Of a stretch of 64,000 bases of DNA, positions 48,636-58,454 are shown in pieces; the first letter of the stretch is position 1, and the number at the start of each line of letters is the position of its first letter. The position numbers and the translations under genes are program-made. Source of the stretch: Fidelibacterota bacterium (GTDB lineage Bacteria > Fidelibacterota > UBA2242 > JAOZSR01); the NCBI GenBank assembly GCA_029939575.1, contig JAOZSR010000005.1:9997-73996 (forward strand), given 5' to 3'. Below the pieces are notes generated by a model. It made no database searches, was not told where the DNA came from, and saw only the letters and a list, made by a program, of their open reading frames with translations.

Positions 48636-49802
48636 ATGAAAATAATAGCAATTGATGATCAGTTAGTAAATTGTCAGATTTTAAAAGCTTATTTGAAAAA
48701 ATGGGGATATGATGCAGATATTTTTTCAGATAGTCTCAAAGGATTTGAGGCTCTTAAAAATTTAAAAGAGCCAACCCTGGCAATCGTGGACTGGATGATG
48801 CCGGAAATGGATGGGCTGGAAATTTGTACGAAAATTAAAGAAAATCCTCCTGAATTTCCAATTTACCTTATGATGCTAACTGCAAAATCTTCAATAGAAG
48901 ATATTTCTGACGGATTGATTTCAGGTGCAGATGATTATGTGAGTAAGCCATTTAATGAGAAAGAACTGAAGAGCAGAATTTTTGCCGGTGTCAGGGTTTT
49001 GGATTTACAAACAAAAGTTCTGGATCAAAAGAATGAGTTGGAAGTAATTAATAAGCAGTTAAATAAATCATTAACAATAATTAAACGGGATGAAGAGGCT
49101 GGCAGGACGATTCAGTTTAAATTACTTCCTAAAAACAATAAAAATTTTGATGATTATCATTTTGCTCATCATCTTTCTCCTTCTTTATATTTAAGTGGTG
49201 ATTTTCTGGATTATTTTAAAATTGATAAAAATCATATTTGTTTTTATTTTGCAGATGTTTCAGGGCATGGTGCTTCATCAGCATTTATTACTGTATTACT
49301 AAAAAGTTATATTAGTAAATATATTGAGCAGTTTAATTCAGTAAAAGACCAGACAATATTAAGACCTAAAGGAATATTAGAGCAAATAAATCAGGAAATA
49401 ATTAAGGCGAATCTTGATAAACATTTGACACTATTTTATGGAATCATCGATATTGAAAAGAATTTACTAACTTATTCGAATGGTGGTCAATTTCCTTTTC
49501 CGATTATCTATGATTATGACAAGCCAAAATATATCAATGCCAAAAGTCTTCCTCTTGGTTTGATGGATATTGCTACTTTTGAAGAGAATTCCCTTAAATT
49601 GCCTGCCAGGTTTAAATTGTTTCTGTTTTCTGATGGCATTCTGGAAATTTTATCTATGAAAGACCTTAATGAGCAACAAGAATATTTACTTTCATCTGTT
49701 TCTACTCCTGATGTTGACATTTCAAAATTATTAAAAATAATAAAGTTGCCTTCCGAGGAATTACCGGATGATATAACGATGTTAATTTTAACAAAAAACT
49801 AA
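48636..49802 (+). CDS. Response regulator with PP2C/SpoIIE phosphatase output (RsbU/RssB-like)
   Basis: IAIDD, VDWMMPEMDG, LSGDFLDY, ADVSGHG, FSDG, PDDITM. Confidence 0.88.
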   Translation: MKIIAIDDQLVNCQILKAYLKKWGYDADIFSDSLKGFEALKNLKEPTLAIVDWMMPEMDGLEICTKIKENPPEFPIYLMMLTAKSSIEDISDGLISGADDYVSKPFNEKELKSRIFAGVRVLDLQTKVLDQKNELEVINKQLNKSLTIIKRDEEAGRTIQFKLLPKNNKNFDDYHFAHHLSPSLYLSGDFLDYFKIDKNHICFYFADVSGHGASSAFITVLLKSYISKYIEQFNSVKDQTILRPKGILEQINQEIIKANLDKHLTLFYGIIDIEKNLLTYSNGGQFPFPIIYDYDKPKYINAKSLPLGLMDIATFEENSLKLPARFKLFLFSDGILEILSMKDLNEQQEYLLSSVSTPDVDISKLLKIIKLPSEELPDDITMLILTKN

Positions 49803-49813
49803 AAGGATTTATA

Positions 49814-50293
49814 GTGGGAGATTATCAAGTTGCATACTCGGATAATAAATACTTTTTTAAACTTTCAGGTCAATTAAAATATTCAACAAGCACCAACTTT
49901 TGTGCATTTCTGGATAAAATTTATTCAGAAAATAACTATTCTGATATCCTAGTTGATTTATCTGATGCTGAATATTTAGATAGTACAAACCTGGGGATTT
50001 TAGCAAAATTAGCCTGTCATGTTTTGAAAAAATTCCATCATAAACTCACGGTTGTTTCAACAAATAATGATGTTACAGATTTGTTAATTAATATAGGTTT
50101 TGAAAAGTTATGTGTTTTAATTCGTCAACCCATGGAATTTGAAAAAGATCTGAATCAAATTAACGATTTAGATGATTCACAAAAAAATCTGGCAAAAGTG
50201 ATGTTAGATGCTCATAAAACATTGATGGAAATGAATGATAAAAATCGGGAAACTTTTAAAGATGCTGTAGATTTATTAAAGAAAGAAGTTTAA
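49814..50293 (+). CDS. STAS-domain anti-sigma-factor antagonist
   Basis: VDLSDAEYLDSTNLGILA (phospho-Ser in DST), C-terminal LDAHKTLMEMNDKN. Confidence 0.85.
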   Translation: MGDYQVAYSDNKYFFKLSGQLKYSTSTNFCAFLDKIYSENNYSDILVDLSDAEYLDSTNLGILAKLACHVLKKFHHKLTVVSTNNDVTDLLINIGFEKLCVLIRQPMEFEKDLNQINDLDDSQKNLAKVMLDAHKTLMEMNDKNRETFKDAVDLLKKEV

Positions 50294-50383
50294 TCTACCT
50301 TATTTTTAGCTGTTGATGATATATGAAAATTGAAAAGCGCTCTTAAACTTGAAAAATGTCAATAATTTTAACAGGAAAATATT

Positions 50384-51670
50384 ATGAAAAATGACGCAAT
50401 TAAATTTGAAATTGAAAAGATAGGGAAATGCAAAATACCTTCACCGATGACTAGAGTTAAGTTTATTTCAGATGACAAACATGTAATTTATAAACCAAAT
50501 CTGAAATTAATAAAGACTTATCTGGATGCAAATATGGAAGTACCAGTATTTGAGATGGCTGGTCCCAGGGAAAAGATATATTTTGATCCCTCCAAACTAA
50601 AATGTGGTATCGTATCTTGTGGTGGTCTCTGCCCTGGATTGAATGATGTAATAAGGGCGGTTGTTTTTAGTCTTCATCATCATTACAAGGTAAAGTCAAT
50701 TTTTGGATTTAAATATGGATTTGAGGGCCTTTCATATAAATATCAACATTCTCCTATAGAATTAACACCGGAATATGTTTCTGATATCCATCTAAAAGGC
50801 GGAACAATTCTTAGTTCTTCAAGAGGCGAGCAGGATTCCGGAGATATAGTTGATACTTTAGAGCAGATGAATATTAATTTATTATTTGTAATTGGAGGAG
50901 ACGGAACTTTACGTGGAGGTCGTGATATTGCGGAAGAAATTAAAAAGCGGAAACTTAAGATCAGTGTAATAGGAATTCCAAAAACTATTGATAATGATAT
51001 TTCTTATGTTCAACGTTCTTTTGGGTTTGAAACTGCTGTTTCGGAATCAAAAGTTGCTATCTATTCTGCTCATGTAGAAGCCAGGGGAGCCAGGAATGGT
51101 GTTGGATTAGTCAAATTAATGGGGCGTCATTCGGGATTTATTGCTGCAAATGCCACTTTAGCAACCAGTGATGTAAATTATTGTTTAATACCTGAAGTCG
51201 ATTTTACTCTTGATGGATTTTTAAAATCATTGAAACAACGGCTTGAGCGACGTCATCACGCCGTTATAGTTGTTGGTGAAGGTGCAGGGCAGAAACTTAT
51301 TAAAGCAACAAATAGCACAGATCGCTCCGGAAATACAAAACTTAGCGATATTGGTGTTTTTCTCAGAGATGAAATAAAAAAGTTTTTTTATGAATGCGCT
51401 ATAGAAGTGAATATGAAATATATCGATCCTAGTTATATGTTAAGAAGTGTACCGGCAAATCCTAACGACTCAGTGCTGTGTTTGTTATTAGGACATAACG
51501 CTGTTCATGCCGGAATGACAGGTCGAACAAATATGGTTGTTGGGCTGTGGAATAATGAATTCACCCATTTACCAATTCCCCTGGCAGTTTCAAAACGGAA
51601 AAAGATTGATATAAATGGTACTTTATGGAATTCTGTTTTGGCTAGTACCGGGCAACCATCTAAAATGTAA
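50384..51670 (+). CDS. pfkA: ATP-dependent 6-phosphofructokinase (long, group X type)
   Basis: AGPRE, CGGLCPGLN, IGGDGT, PKTIDND, FGFET, MGRHSG. Confidence 0.9.
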   Translation: MKNDAIKFEIEKIGKCKIPSPMTRVKFISDDKHVIYKPNLKLIKTYLDANMEVPVFEMAGPREKIYFDPSKLKCGIVSCGGLCPGLNDVIRAVVFSLHHHYKVKSIFGFKYGFEGLSYKYQHSPIELTPEYVSDIHLKGGTILSSSRGEQDSGDIVDTLEQMNINLLFVIGGDGTLRGGRDIAEEIKKRKLKISVIGIPKTIDNDISYVQRSFGFETAVSESKVAIYSAHVEARGARNGVGLVKLMGRHSGFIAANATLATSDVNYCLIPEVDFTLDGFLKSLKQRLERRHHAVIVVGEGAGQKLIKATNSTDRSGNTKLSDIGVFLRDEIKKFFYECAIEVNMKYIDPSYMLRSVPANPNDSVLCLLLGHNAVHAGMTGRTNMVVGLWNNEFTHLPIPLAVSKRKKIDINGTLWNSVLASTGQPSKM

Positions 51671-51709
51671 TAAATTAATTAAGATGGAATCGTAAAAAGG
51701 TCCGAAGTT

Positions 51710-51812
51710 GTCTTTTTGAGGCAGCGTAGCAACAAAGAATCTCGTCGATAATTGTAGGAGATTCTTTCAGTCAAAAACCTGATTGTAAACATTCGTACCT
51801 CATTCAGAATGA
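51710..51812. repeat. REP-like palindromic extragenic element
   Basis: AAAGAATCTC(51734-43)..GAGATTCTTT(51758-67) perfect inverted repeat plus TCATTCAGAATGA end; single copy in window. Confidence 0.45.
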
Positions 51813-51865
51813 TAGCAAATTTACTTTTTACGGAATTGTCAATTAAAGTTAATTTGAGAGGGAAT

Positions 51866-52393
51866 ATGAACTGGTATATAGAATTAGTTCAGGCAAAACC
51901 AATTATAACAGCAATGATTCAATTCGCCTTACTCGGAACTTTTGGCGATGTGATTTCCAAATGGATTATTAATAAAAAAATATTTGCCCCATTTAATTTA
52001 ATTACAATGATATTGAAAATGGTTGAGTGGGCCTTTTTGGCAGTTTGTATAAAATATGCATTTATTGGATTTCATGGCTTTATTGATAGCCTGACAGACT
52101 ACGCTTTTTTACCGGAGTTGAATAAGGTTTCTTATGCTTTTGCAATATCTTTGTCCATGAACTTGCAGTTTGGACCGTTTCTGGTAATTGCCCATCGCTT
52201 ACTGGATAATTTCATTGACGGCAAAAAAAACTGGGATAATCTTGATAAAGGGTTTTATTCCTTACTATGGTTTTGGATACCGGCCCATACTGTTACATTT
52301 ATTTTACCTAAACCTTTTCAGATTGGACTTGCTGCGCTTTGGTCAATAGTTTTAGGAATAATTCTGGGTTTTTATAATCAAAAAAAGTCATAG
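51866..52393 (+). CDS. Mpv17/PMP22 family membrane protein
   Basis: TAMIQFALLGTFGDVISK, FWIPAHTVTFILP, about 4 TMs; ATG 51866 follows GAGAGGG. Confidence 0.72.
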   Translation: MNWYIELVQAKPIITAMIQFALLGTFGDVISKWIINKKIFAPFNLITMILKMVEWAFLAVCIKYAFIGFHGFIDSLTDYAFLPELNKVSYAFAISLSMNLQFGPFLVIAHRLLDNFIDGKKNWDNLDKGFYSLLWFWIPAHTVTFILPKPFQIGLAALWSIVLGIILGFYNQKKS

Positions 52394-52761
52394 AGAGACA
52401 AAATCACAACTAAAATAGAGTTAAAATCGCATTAATGATATGGATTTTTGCGTATTCTTTATTAATTACAATAATCCAAATTTTCAAGGTTAAATTCATT
52501 TTAGAATCCTGTCATTTTCATTGTTTTCACATTATTATTGGAATGAACTGATCATTGATTTTAGACATTAAAGTGTAACTTTCTGGTTTGGAACATTATA
52601 TAAAGATTATTAACTTCCTGTTAATATTTTGAGGTTTTTACAGCATTCTGAACTCCATACCCTGTTCATTGATTGAAGTCCGGTCTGCTTAAGGAAAAAA
52701 GATAATATCTATGAAATATAATCTAATTTAATATGGCAGTTTAAATAAATAATTGGAGTTG

Positions 52762-54069
52762 ATGATGAAAATTACAAAAGAAATGAAACAAATGACTCAG
52801 GATCTAATGAATTTTTTAGATGCATCACCTACAGCAAGTTATGCAGTTGTGAATGTTATTGATGAATTGAAAAAAAACGGCTTCAGGGAATTACGTGAAG
52901 ATCAAAAATGGAAATTGGAATCCGGTGATAAATTTTATGTTAAAAGAGGTGAAACCGCAATAGTAGCCGGGATTGCCGGTAAAGATGTATGTGAAAGTGG
53001 TTTTCGTGTAATTGGCGCTCATACTGATTCTCCGGGATTTCGTGTTAAAAATAATAGTGTTTTCGAAAAAGTTGGTTGTGTTCAATTAGGTGTTGAAGTA
53101 TATGGTGGTCCACTTTTGGCATCCTGGACTGACCGTGATTTGACTTTGGCAGGCAGAATTGTTATTGATAATAACGGAAAATCTGAATCAGTTTTATGGA
53201 AATGTGACAAAGTTATTGCCAGAATTCCCCAATTACCTATTCATATGAACAGAGAAGTAAATGAAAAAGGTTTAGTTCTTAATCCTCAAAAACACGTATA
53301 TCCTATTCTGGCAATGGCTGGAGAAAAGAAATTTACCGAAGATAATTTAAAAAATATTATTGCTGAGGATTTAAAAATTGCTATTGATTCTATTAAAGGA
53401 TTTGAACTTGAATTAGTTGATACTCAAAAAGCATCATTTTATGGAATTAATGATGAGTTTTTTGTTTCCGGTAGAATTGATAATCTTATGATGTGCCATG
53501 CAGGCATCAAAGCATTAACATCAATGGAAGATGTTCCGGGCAAAACTTCTTTGATTATACTTTTTGACAATGAAGAAATTGGTTCCTCTACAATGAATGG
53601 AGGTGCATCGCCATTACTGGATAATATTATTGAAAGAGTTGTAATTACCACCAATGCTGACAGGGAAAGTCTTTTAATCGCCAAAGCAAAATCCATGGTG
53701 CTGTCTGCTGATGGAGCTCACGCTGTGCATCCAAATTATATAGATAATTGGGACGAGCATTATCAAAATAAACTGAATGACGGACCGGTTATTAAAATAA
53801 ATGCCAAACAAAGATATGCTTCAAGTGTGGAAACAACCAGTTTCTTTGAAGATCTGTGTAAAAAGGCAGAAATTCCGGTTCAAAAATATATCCATAGAAA
53901 TGATAAACCCTGCGGTTCAACTATTGGGCCGATAACAGCAACCAGAACAGGCATCTTAACAATGGATATTGGACATCCAATGTTTTCAATGCATTCTATT
54001 AGAGAAATGGCTGGCACTGCTGATCAAACATATATGGTAAAAGTTATGAAGGAATTTTTGAATAGTTAA
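52762..54069 (+). CDS. apeB: M18 family (aspartyl) aminopeptidase
   Basis: GAHTDSP, EVYGG, RIDNL, FDNEEIGS, SADGAHAVHPN, MHSIRE. Confidence 0.92.
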   Translation: MMKITKEMKQMTQDLMNFLDASPTASYAVVNVIDELKKNGFRELREDQKWKLESGDKFYVKRGETAIVAGIAGKDVCESGFRVIGAHTDSPGFRVKNNSVFEKVGCVQLGVEVYGGPLLASWTDRDLTLAGRIVIDNNGKSESVLWKCDKVIARIPQLPIHMNREVNEKGLVLNPQKHVYPILAMAGEKKFTEDNLKNIIAEDLKIAIDSIKGFELELVDTQKASFYGINDEFFVSGRIDNLMMCHAGIKALTSMEDVPGKTSLIILFDNEEIGSSTMNGGASPLLDNIIERVVITTNADRESLLIAKAKSMVLSADGAHAVHPNYIDNWDEHYQNKLNDGPVIKINAKQRYASSVETTSFFEDLCKKAEIPVQKYIHRNDKPCGSTIGPITATRTGILTMDIGHPMFSMHSIREMAGTADQTYMVKVMKEFLNS

Positions 54070-54082
54070 AAATGAGGGACAT

Positions 54083-55486
54083 TTGAAAATAAAATCATTC
54101 AAAGCGCCGAACACTTATTTATTGATATTTTCCATTATTATTTTTATGGCGATTATGACCTGGATCGTTCCAAGTGGAGAATATGACAGAACTCTTGTGA
54201 ATAATCGACAGGTTGTTGTAGCTGATTCTTATCATGCAACTGAATCCAACCCCCAGGGAATTGGTGCGGTTTTGACTGCGCCTATTCGGGCTTTTACAGA
54301 TCATAGCGCCGCTCTGATTGTGGGCTTTGTTCTGATTGTTGGTGGAATATTTGGAGTGATGGAGAAAACAAAAGCCATAGATTCCGCAATTAAATCGGTA
54401 GCCAAAGCTCATGAAAAATCCAGGGCAATAGAAATTCTTTTTATTCCGATTTTCATGATAATTTTCTCTCTTGGAGGTGGAAGTTTTGGAATGGGTGAGG
54501 AGGTTATACCATTTATCCTGATTTTTGTGCCTCTGGCTTTAGCTTTGGGATATGATTCAATTGTTGGAGTGGCGATTCCTTTTGTCGGCGCCGGTGCCGG
54601 ATTTGCCGGTGCGTTTTTGAACCCCTTTACGATTGGAATTGCCCAAGGAATTGCCGGATTACCGCTTTTTTCCGGAATTATATACAGGCTTTTTACATGG
54701 GTTATATGTACAGCCATAGCTATTATTTTTGTCATGTTATATGCAAATAAAATTCGGAAAAATCCTGAAAAGAGTATCACTTTTGAAATAGATGAAAAGA
54801 AACGTGACGATTTGGATTTTAGTGATATTAAGAATTTTAAAGGAGCAACGAAAAGGCATAAATTTGCACTTTGGACATTTACTGCCGGAATGCTTGTTAT
54901 GGTGATTGGAGTTCTTCAGTTTGAATGGTACATTGAGGAAATATGCGCTGTGTTTTTTGCAACCGGCCTGGTGGTTGGAGTTGTTGGTAAGTTGAGTGTA
55001 AAAGATTTTACTGATTCTTTTATTTCCGGGGCAAAAGACATGATGGGTACAGCTTTTGTCATAATTCTTGCCCGTGGTATCTTGATAATTGCGGAAGATG
55101 GATATATTATCGACACAATGTTAAACTCACTTGCCGGTTTGATCAAGAATTTTCATCCTATTGTATCTTCACAGGCGATGTTTGTAATCCATTCGATTGT
55201 TAATTTTTTCGTACCATCCGGGAGTGCTAAAGCAGCCCTTACAATGCCAATAATGATTCCTTTGGCTGATCTGGTGGGAGTGACAAAACAGACTGCTGTT
55301 TTGGCTTTCCAGTTTGGTGATGGTTTCAGTAATATGATAATCCCTACATCGGGAATTACGATGGGTGTATTATCTTTGGCCGATATTTCCTGGGAAAAAT
55401 GGGCAAAGTGGCTTTTACCACTGGAAATCATATTTTTAATTGTAGGATTTATTTTGCTGATACCACCATATTTAATGAATTGGTGA
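54083..55486 (+). CDS. YfcC family transporter (C4-dicarboxylate anaerobic carrier/ArcD-like)
   Basis: MTWIVPSGEY, GMGEE, NPFTIGIAQ, VPSGSAKA, FQFGDG; about 12 TMs. Confidence 0.9.
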   Translation: MKIKSFKAPNTYLLIFSIIIFMAIMTWIVPSGEYDRTLVNNRQVVVADSYHATESNPQGIGAVLTAPIRAFTDHSAALIVGFVLIVGGIFGVMEKTKAIDSAIKSVAKAHEKSRAIEILFIPIFMIIFSLGGGSFGMGEEVIPFILIFVPLALALGYDSIVGVAIPFVGAGAGFAGAFLNPFTIGIAQGIAGLPLFSGIIYRLFTWVICTAIAIIFVMLYANKIRKNPEKSITFEIDEKKRDDLDFSDIKNFKGATKRHKFALWTFTAGMLVMVIGVLQFEWYIEEICAVFFATGLVVGVVGKLSVKDFTDSFISGAKDMMGTAFVIILARGILIIAEDGYIIDTMLNSLAGLIKNFHPIVSSQAMFVIHSIVNFFVPSGSAKAALTMPIMIPLADLVGVTKQTAVLAFQFGDGFSNMIIPTSGITMGVLSLADISWEKWAKWLLPLEIIFLIVGFILLIPPYLMNW

Positions 55487-55563
55487 TGTCTGAAATAATT
55501 ATAATATTTGTAACTAAATTATTACTAGGATAATTCTGGGCATAAAACTGTATTAAGAAATGA

Positions 55564-56745
55564 TTAACAATATTTATTAGCATTTTGTAAAAAACTTAAT
55601 GTTGCGGAATCATAAACTATTTTCAGAGACACATTGTTTTCTTTTGCACATTTTTTACAGTCTTCAAATTCCGGTGAATATTTAATCATTTTTCCATTTA
55701 AATATCCGACCTTAATATTTATTTCTCCATATTCAGTTTCTACTGTAAATATTTTTCTGTTTAGTTCAGTCCTGGAAAATGGATATTCTCTGATTCCAAA
55801 AGTTGTAGTTTCCCTAAATATAATATTTTTCAGTTTTTGTTGGTGATCTGCTTTACAAATTATTGATAATTTGATTCCTGGTCGGTTTTTTTTCATTATA
55901 ATATTGTCAAACCAAATATCTAAAGCATCGTTTTCAAAGAGTTTTTCAAAAAGGTAAGAATAGATTTCAGGATTCATATCGTCAATATTGGTAACTAATT
56001 CAATAAATTGGTCTTTGCTTTCATCAATTTCTGCCAGTAGAACCCGGAGAACAGCCGGAATTTCCAGATTACGGCTTCCTGCTCCATATCCGGTTTTTAA
56101 TATTTTTAATCCTGGCATTTTTTTGAACTCGGTAACCAGTGTTTTCAATATTGTAGCTCCGGTTGGTGTTGTTAGTTCATTTGGAATTTCTGTGAAGTTA
56201 ATAGGAATATTTTTTAAAATTTCTAAAGTGGCGGGCGAAGGAACCGGAATTTTTCCATGAGCGCATTTTACAAATCCTTTTCCACATGAAGCAGGAGATG
56301 AATAAATCTTGTCAACTTTTAATTCATCAATGCAAAATGCGACACTCAGAATATCAATAATTGAATCAATTGCTCCGACTTCGTGAAAATGGATTTTGTT
56401 TATTGATGTATCATGGATTTTTGCCTCTGCTCTGGCAATATTTGAAAACATTTTTAACGCCATATCTTTCACATTTTCATTAAAGTTGGAGTTAGTAATT
56501 ATTTTCTCAATATCCTGAAGATTTCGATGTATATGTTCATGCTGTTCCAGGTTGACATCAAATTTTAAAGCTGAAATACTATTTTTTTTCACCTTTCTTA
56601 GATCAAGATTATAACCATTAATTCTAAGTTCGTTTAATTTGGATTTTAATTTTTCAAAATCAACCCCCAAATCTATCAGGGCTGCTACAGTCATATCACC
56701 GCTAATTCCGGCAAAACAATCAAAATATAATATTCGTTGTTTCAT
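55564..56745 (-). CDS. larC: Nickel-pincer cofactor nickel insertase
   Basis: FDCFAGISGDM, HFHEVGAIDSI, AHGKIPVP, TPTGA, GYGAG, TNIDD, KKNRP, PEFED. Confidence 0.93.
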   Translation of the reverse strand: MKQRILYFDCFAGISGDMTVAALIDLGVDFEKLKSKLNELRINGYNLDLRKVKKNSISALKFDVNLEQHEHIHRNLQDIEKIITNSNFNENVKDMALKMFSNIARAEAKIHDTSINKIHFHEVGAIDSIIDILSVAFCIDELKVDKIYSSPASCGKGFVKCAHGKIPVPSPATLEILKNIPINFTEIPNELTTPTGATILKTLVTEFKKMPGLKILKTGYGAGSRNLEIPAVLRVLLAEIDESKDQFIELVTNIDDMNPEIYSYLFEKLFENDALDIWFDNIIMKKNRPGIKLSIICKADHQQKLKNIIFRETTTFGIREYPFSRTELNRKIFTVETEYGEINIKVGYLNGKMIKYSPEFEDCKKCAKENNVSLKIVYDSATLSFLQNANKYC

Positions 56746-56825
56746 AATATTTTCCTATTTTCAACAGGATTGGATATTTATTTCTATAATTCTTTCCACT
56801 TAATTATGGTAATCCCGTCTTTTTT

Positions 56826-57623
56826 TTATTGTTTATTATCAATTATTTTATTAGCGAGATTCTCGATTTGCTTGTTTATCAATCCCGCCGCGTAACCAGC
56901 GCCAAATCCATTATCAATATTCACAACAGTAATTCCACCGGCACAGGAATTTAGCATTGTCAAAAGCGCAGACACGCCTTTGAAATTCGCACCATATCCA
57001 ATCGAGGTTGGAACTGCTATTACCGGTTTGTCATTTAATCCGCCAACCACGCTGGCTAGCGCTCCTTCCATGCCGGCTACTGCTATAATGACTGTGGCTT
57101 CATCAATTAATTTTAAATGAGAAAGAAGTCTGTGAAGTCCGGCGACTCCAACATCATAAAGTCTTTCAACTCTATTTCCCATTGCTTCTGCTGTGAGAGC
57201 GGCTTCTTCTGCTACAGGAATATCTGAAGTTCCGCCTGAAACTATCAGGATCATGCCTCGGTTTTTAGTAAATTGTTTCCTGTTAATGATTGCAATTCTG
57301 GCATCGTTATTATATTCTATTTTAATGGATAATTTTCTTAAAACCTCAACTTTTTCAATGTCAATTCTGGTAGCGATGATGTTGTAAGTGTCAGGAATCA
57401 GGCGAGTTATTATTTCTGATATCTGGTTTGAATTTTTGTTTTCACAATATATAACTTCCGGATGCCCTTTTCTGATAGCCCGGTGGCGATCAATTAAAGA
57501 GTGGTTAAACTTTTCAAGGGGTTCTAGTTTAATTTTGGATAATGCCTGGTCAACTGTCAGTTCTTTATCCTGTACCTGTTGCAATAATTCTATTAAAATT
57601 TCTCTATTCATCATTTCCCCCAT
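56826..57623 (-). CDS. larB: Nickel-pincer cofactor carboxylase/hydrolase
   Basis: HPEVIYC, GTSDIPVAEEA, DVGVAGLHR, AGMEGAL, PTSIGYG, LNSC, VNIDNGFGA. Confidence 0.95.
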   Translation of the reverse strand: MGEMMNREILIELLQQVQDKELTVDQALSKIKLEPLEKFNHSLIDRHRAIRKGHPEVIYCENKNSNQISEIITRLIPDTYNIIATRIDIEKVEVLRKLSIKIEYNNDARIAIINRKQFTKNRGMILIVSGGTSDIPVAEEAALTAEAMGNRVERLYDVGVAGLHRLLSHLKLIDEATVIIAVAGMEGALASVVGGLNDKPVIAVPTSIGYGANFKGVSALLTMLNSCAGGITVVNIDNGFGAGYAAGLINKQIENLANKIIDNKQ

Positions 57624-57642
57624 TATTTCTTAAAATCAATCG

Positions 57643-58443
57643 TCACCTAACTCCAACATCCATACTCCCGCTTCTAAAACCTTCCAGATCAAGGGTTATG
57701 TAATCAAAACCGAGATTTTTTAGTTTTTTTATAATTACTTTTTGTAATTTCGGATCATTAAATTTTTTCATATCAGGTAAATCAATTTCAATTCGCGCTA
57801 AGTTATTATGTGATCTTACTCTAATTTTTTTAAAACCTTGTTGATGAAAAAAAAGTTCTGCTTTTTTAACCTGTTCAATTTTTTTTGAAGTTAATTTTTC
57901 ATAATATGGGAATCGGGTTGCAAAGCAGGAAAAGGATGGTAATTCTGCAAAAGAAAGGTTAAAAGATCTACACAATTGGCGGATTTCATTTTTAGAAATT
58001 TGGGCCTCTTTAATGGGGCTTTTTATGCCGAGTTCTTCAATTGCTTTTAGTCCCGGTCTGTAGGAAAAACTATCATCAAAAGTAGTCCCGTCGAAGACAA
58101 CGTCAAAATTATTTTCCCTGGCATATTTGGAAATTGTTGTAAAGTTTTCCTTTTTACAAACATAGCATCGGTCAGTGGGATTTGTCTCAATTAGTTGAAG
58201 ATGTTTTTTACCAATATCTATGAGGAAATTGTTTAGTCCTGTATTTTTGGCAATATTAATTGCGCGGAGAATTTCGCTATCCGGGAAAAAAGGAGATTTT
58301 AAGGTAATACTTTCACCATTGACTCCCGATTCCTTGATTGAATAAGCAAGGAATGAACTGTCTAAACCACCGGAAAGCGCCAATAGAGGTTTTCTGTAGT
58401 TTTGAATAAATTTTAGTAATCTTTGATATTTTTTGAAAATCAT
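57643..58443 (-). CDS. larE: ATP-dependent sulfur transferase for nickel-pincer cofactor
   Basis: PP-loop SGGLDS, NPTDRCYVCK, RPGL, PSFSCFATRFPY, RVR, LDLEGFRSGSM. Confidence 0.93.
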   Translation of the reverse strand: MIFKKYQRLLKFIQNYRKPLLALSGGLDSSFLAYSIKESGVNGESITLKSPFFPDSEILRAINIAKNTGLNNFLIDIGKKHLQLIETNPTDRCYVCKKENFTTISKYARENNFDVVFDGTTFDDSFSYRPGLKAIEELGIKSPIKEAQISKNEIRQLCRSFNLSFAELPSFSCFATRFPYYEKLTSKKIEQVKKAELFFHQQGFKKIRVRSHNNLARIEIDLPDMKKFNDPKLQKVIIKKLKNLGFDYITLDLEGFRSGSMDVGVR

Positions 58444-58454
58444 ATTTAATATTG

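Noticed and set aside
52395-52740. Stop-riddled minus-strand frame (GYGVQNAVKTSKY*QEVNN...) suggesting a relic gene
   Set aside because: No recognisable family motif; cannot be distinguished from intergenic DNA without BLASTx
3590-54085. Frequent GTG/TTG starts (about 10 genes)
   Set aside because: Roughly a fifth of genes, within the normal bacterial range
55564-56745. Programmed frameshift in larC (as in Lactiplantibacillus)
   Set aside because: Both LarC domains are in one continuous ORF here
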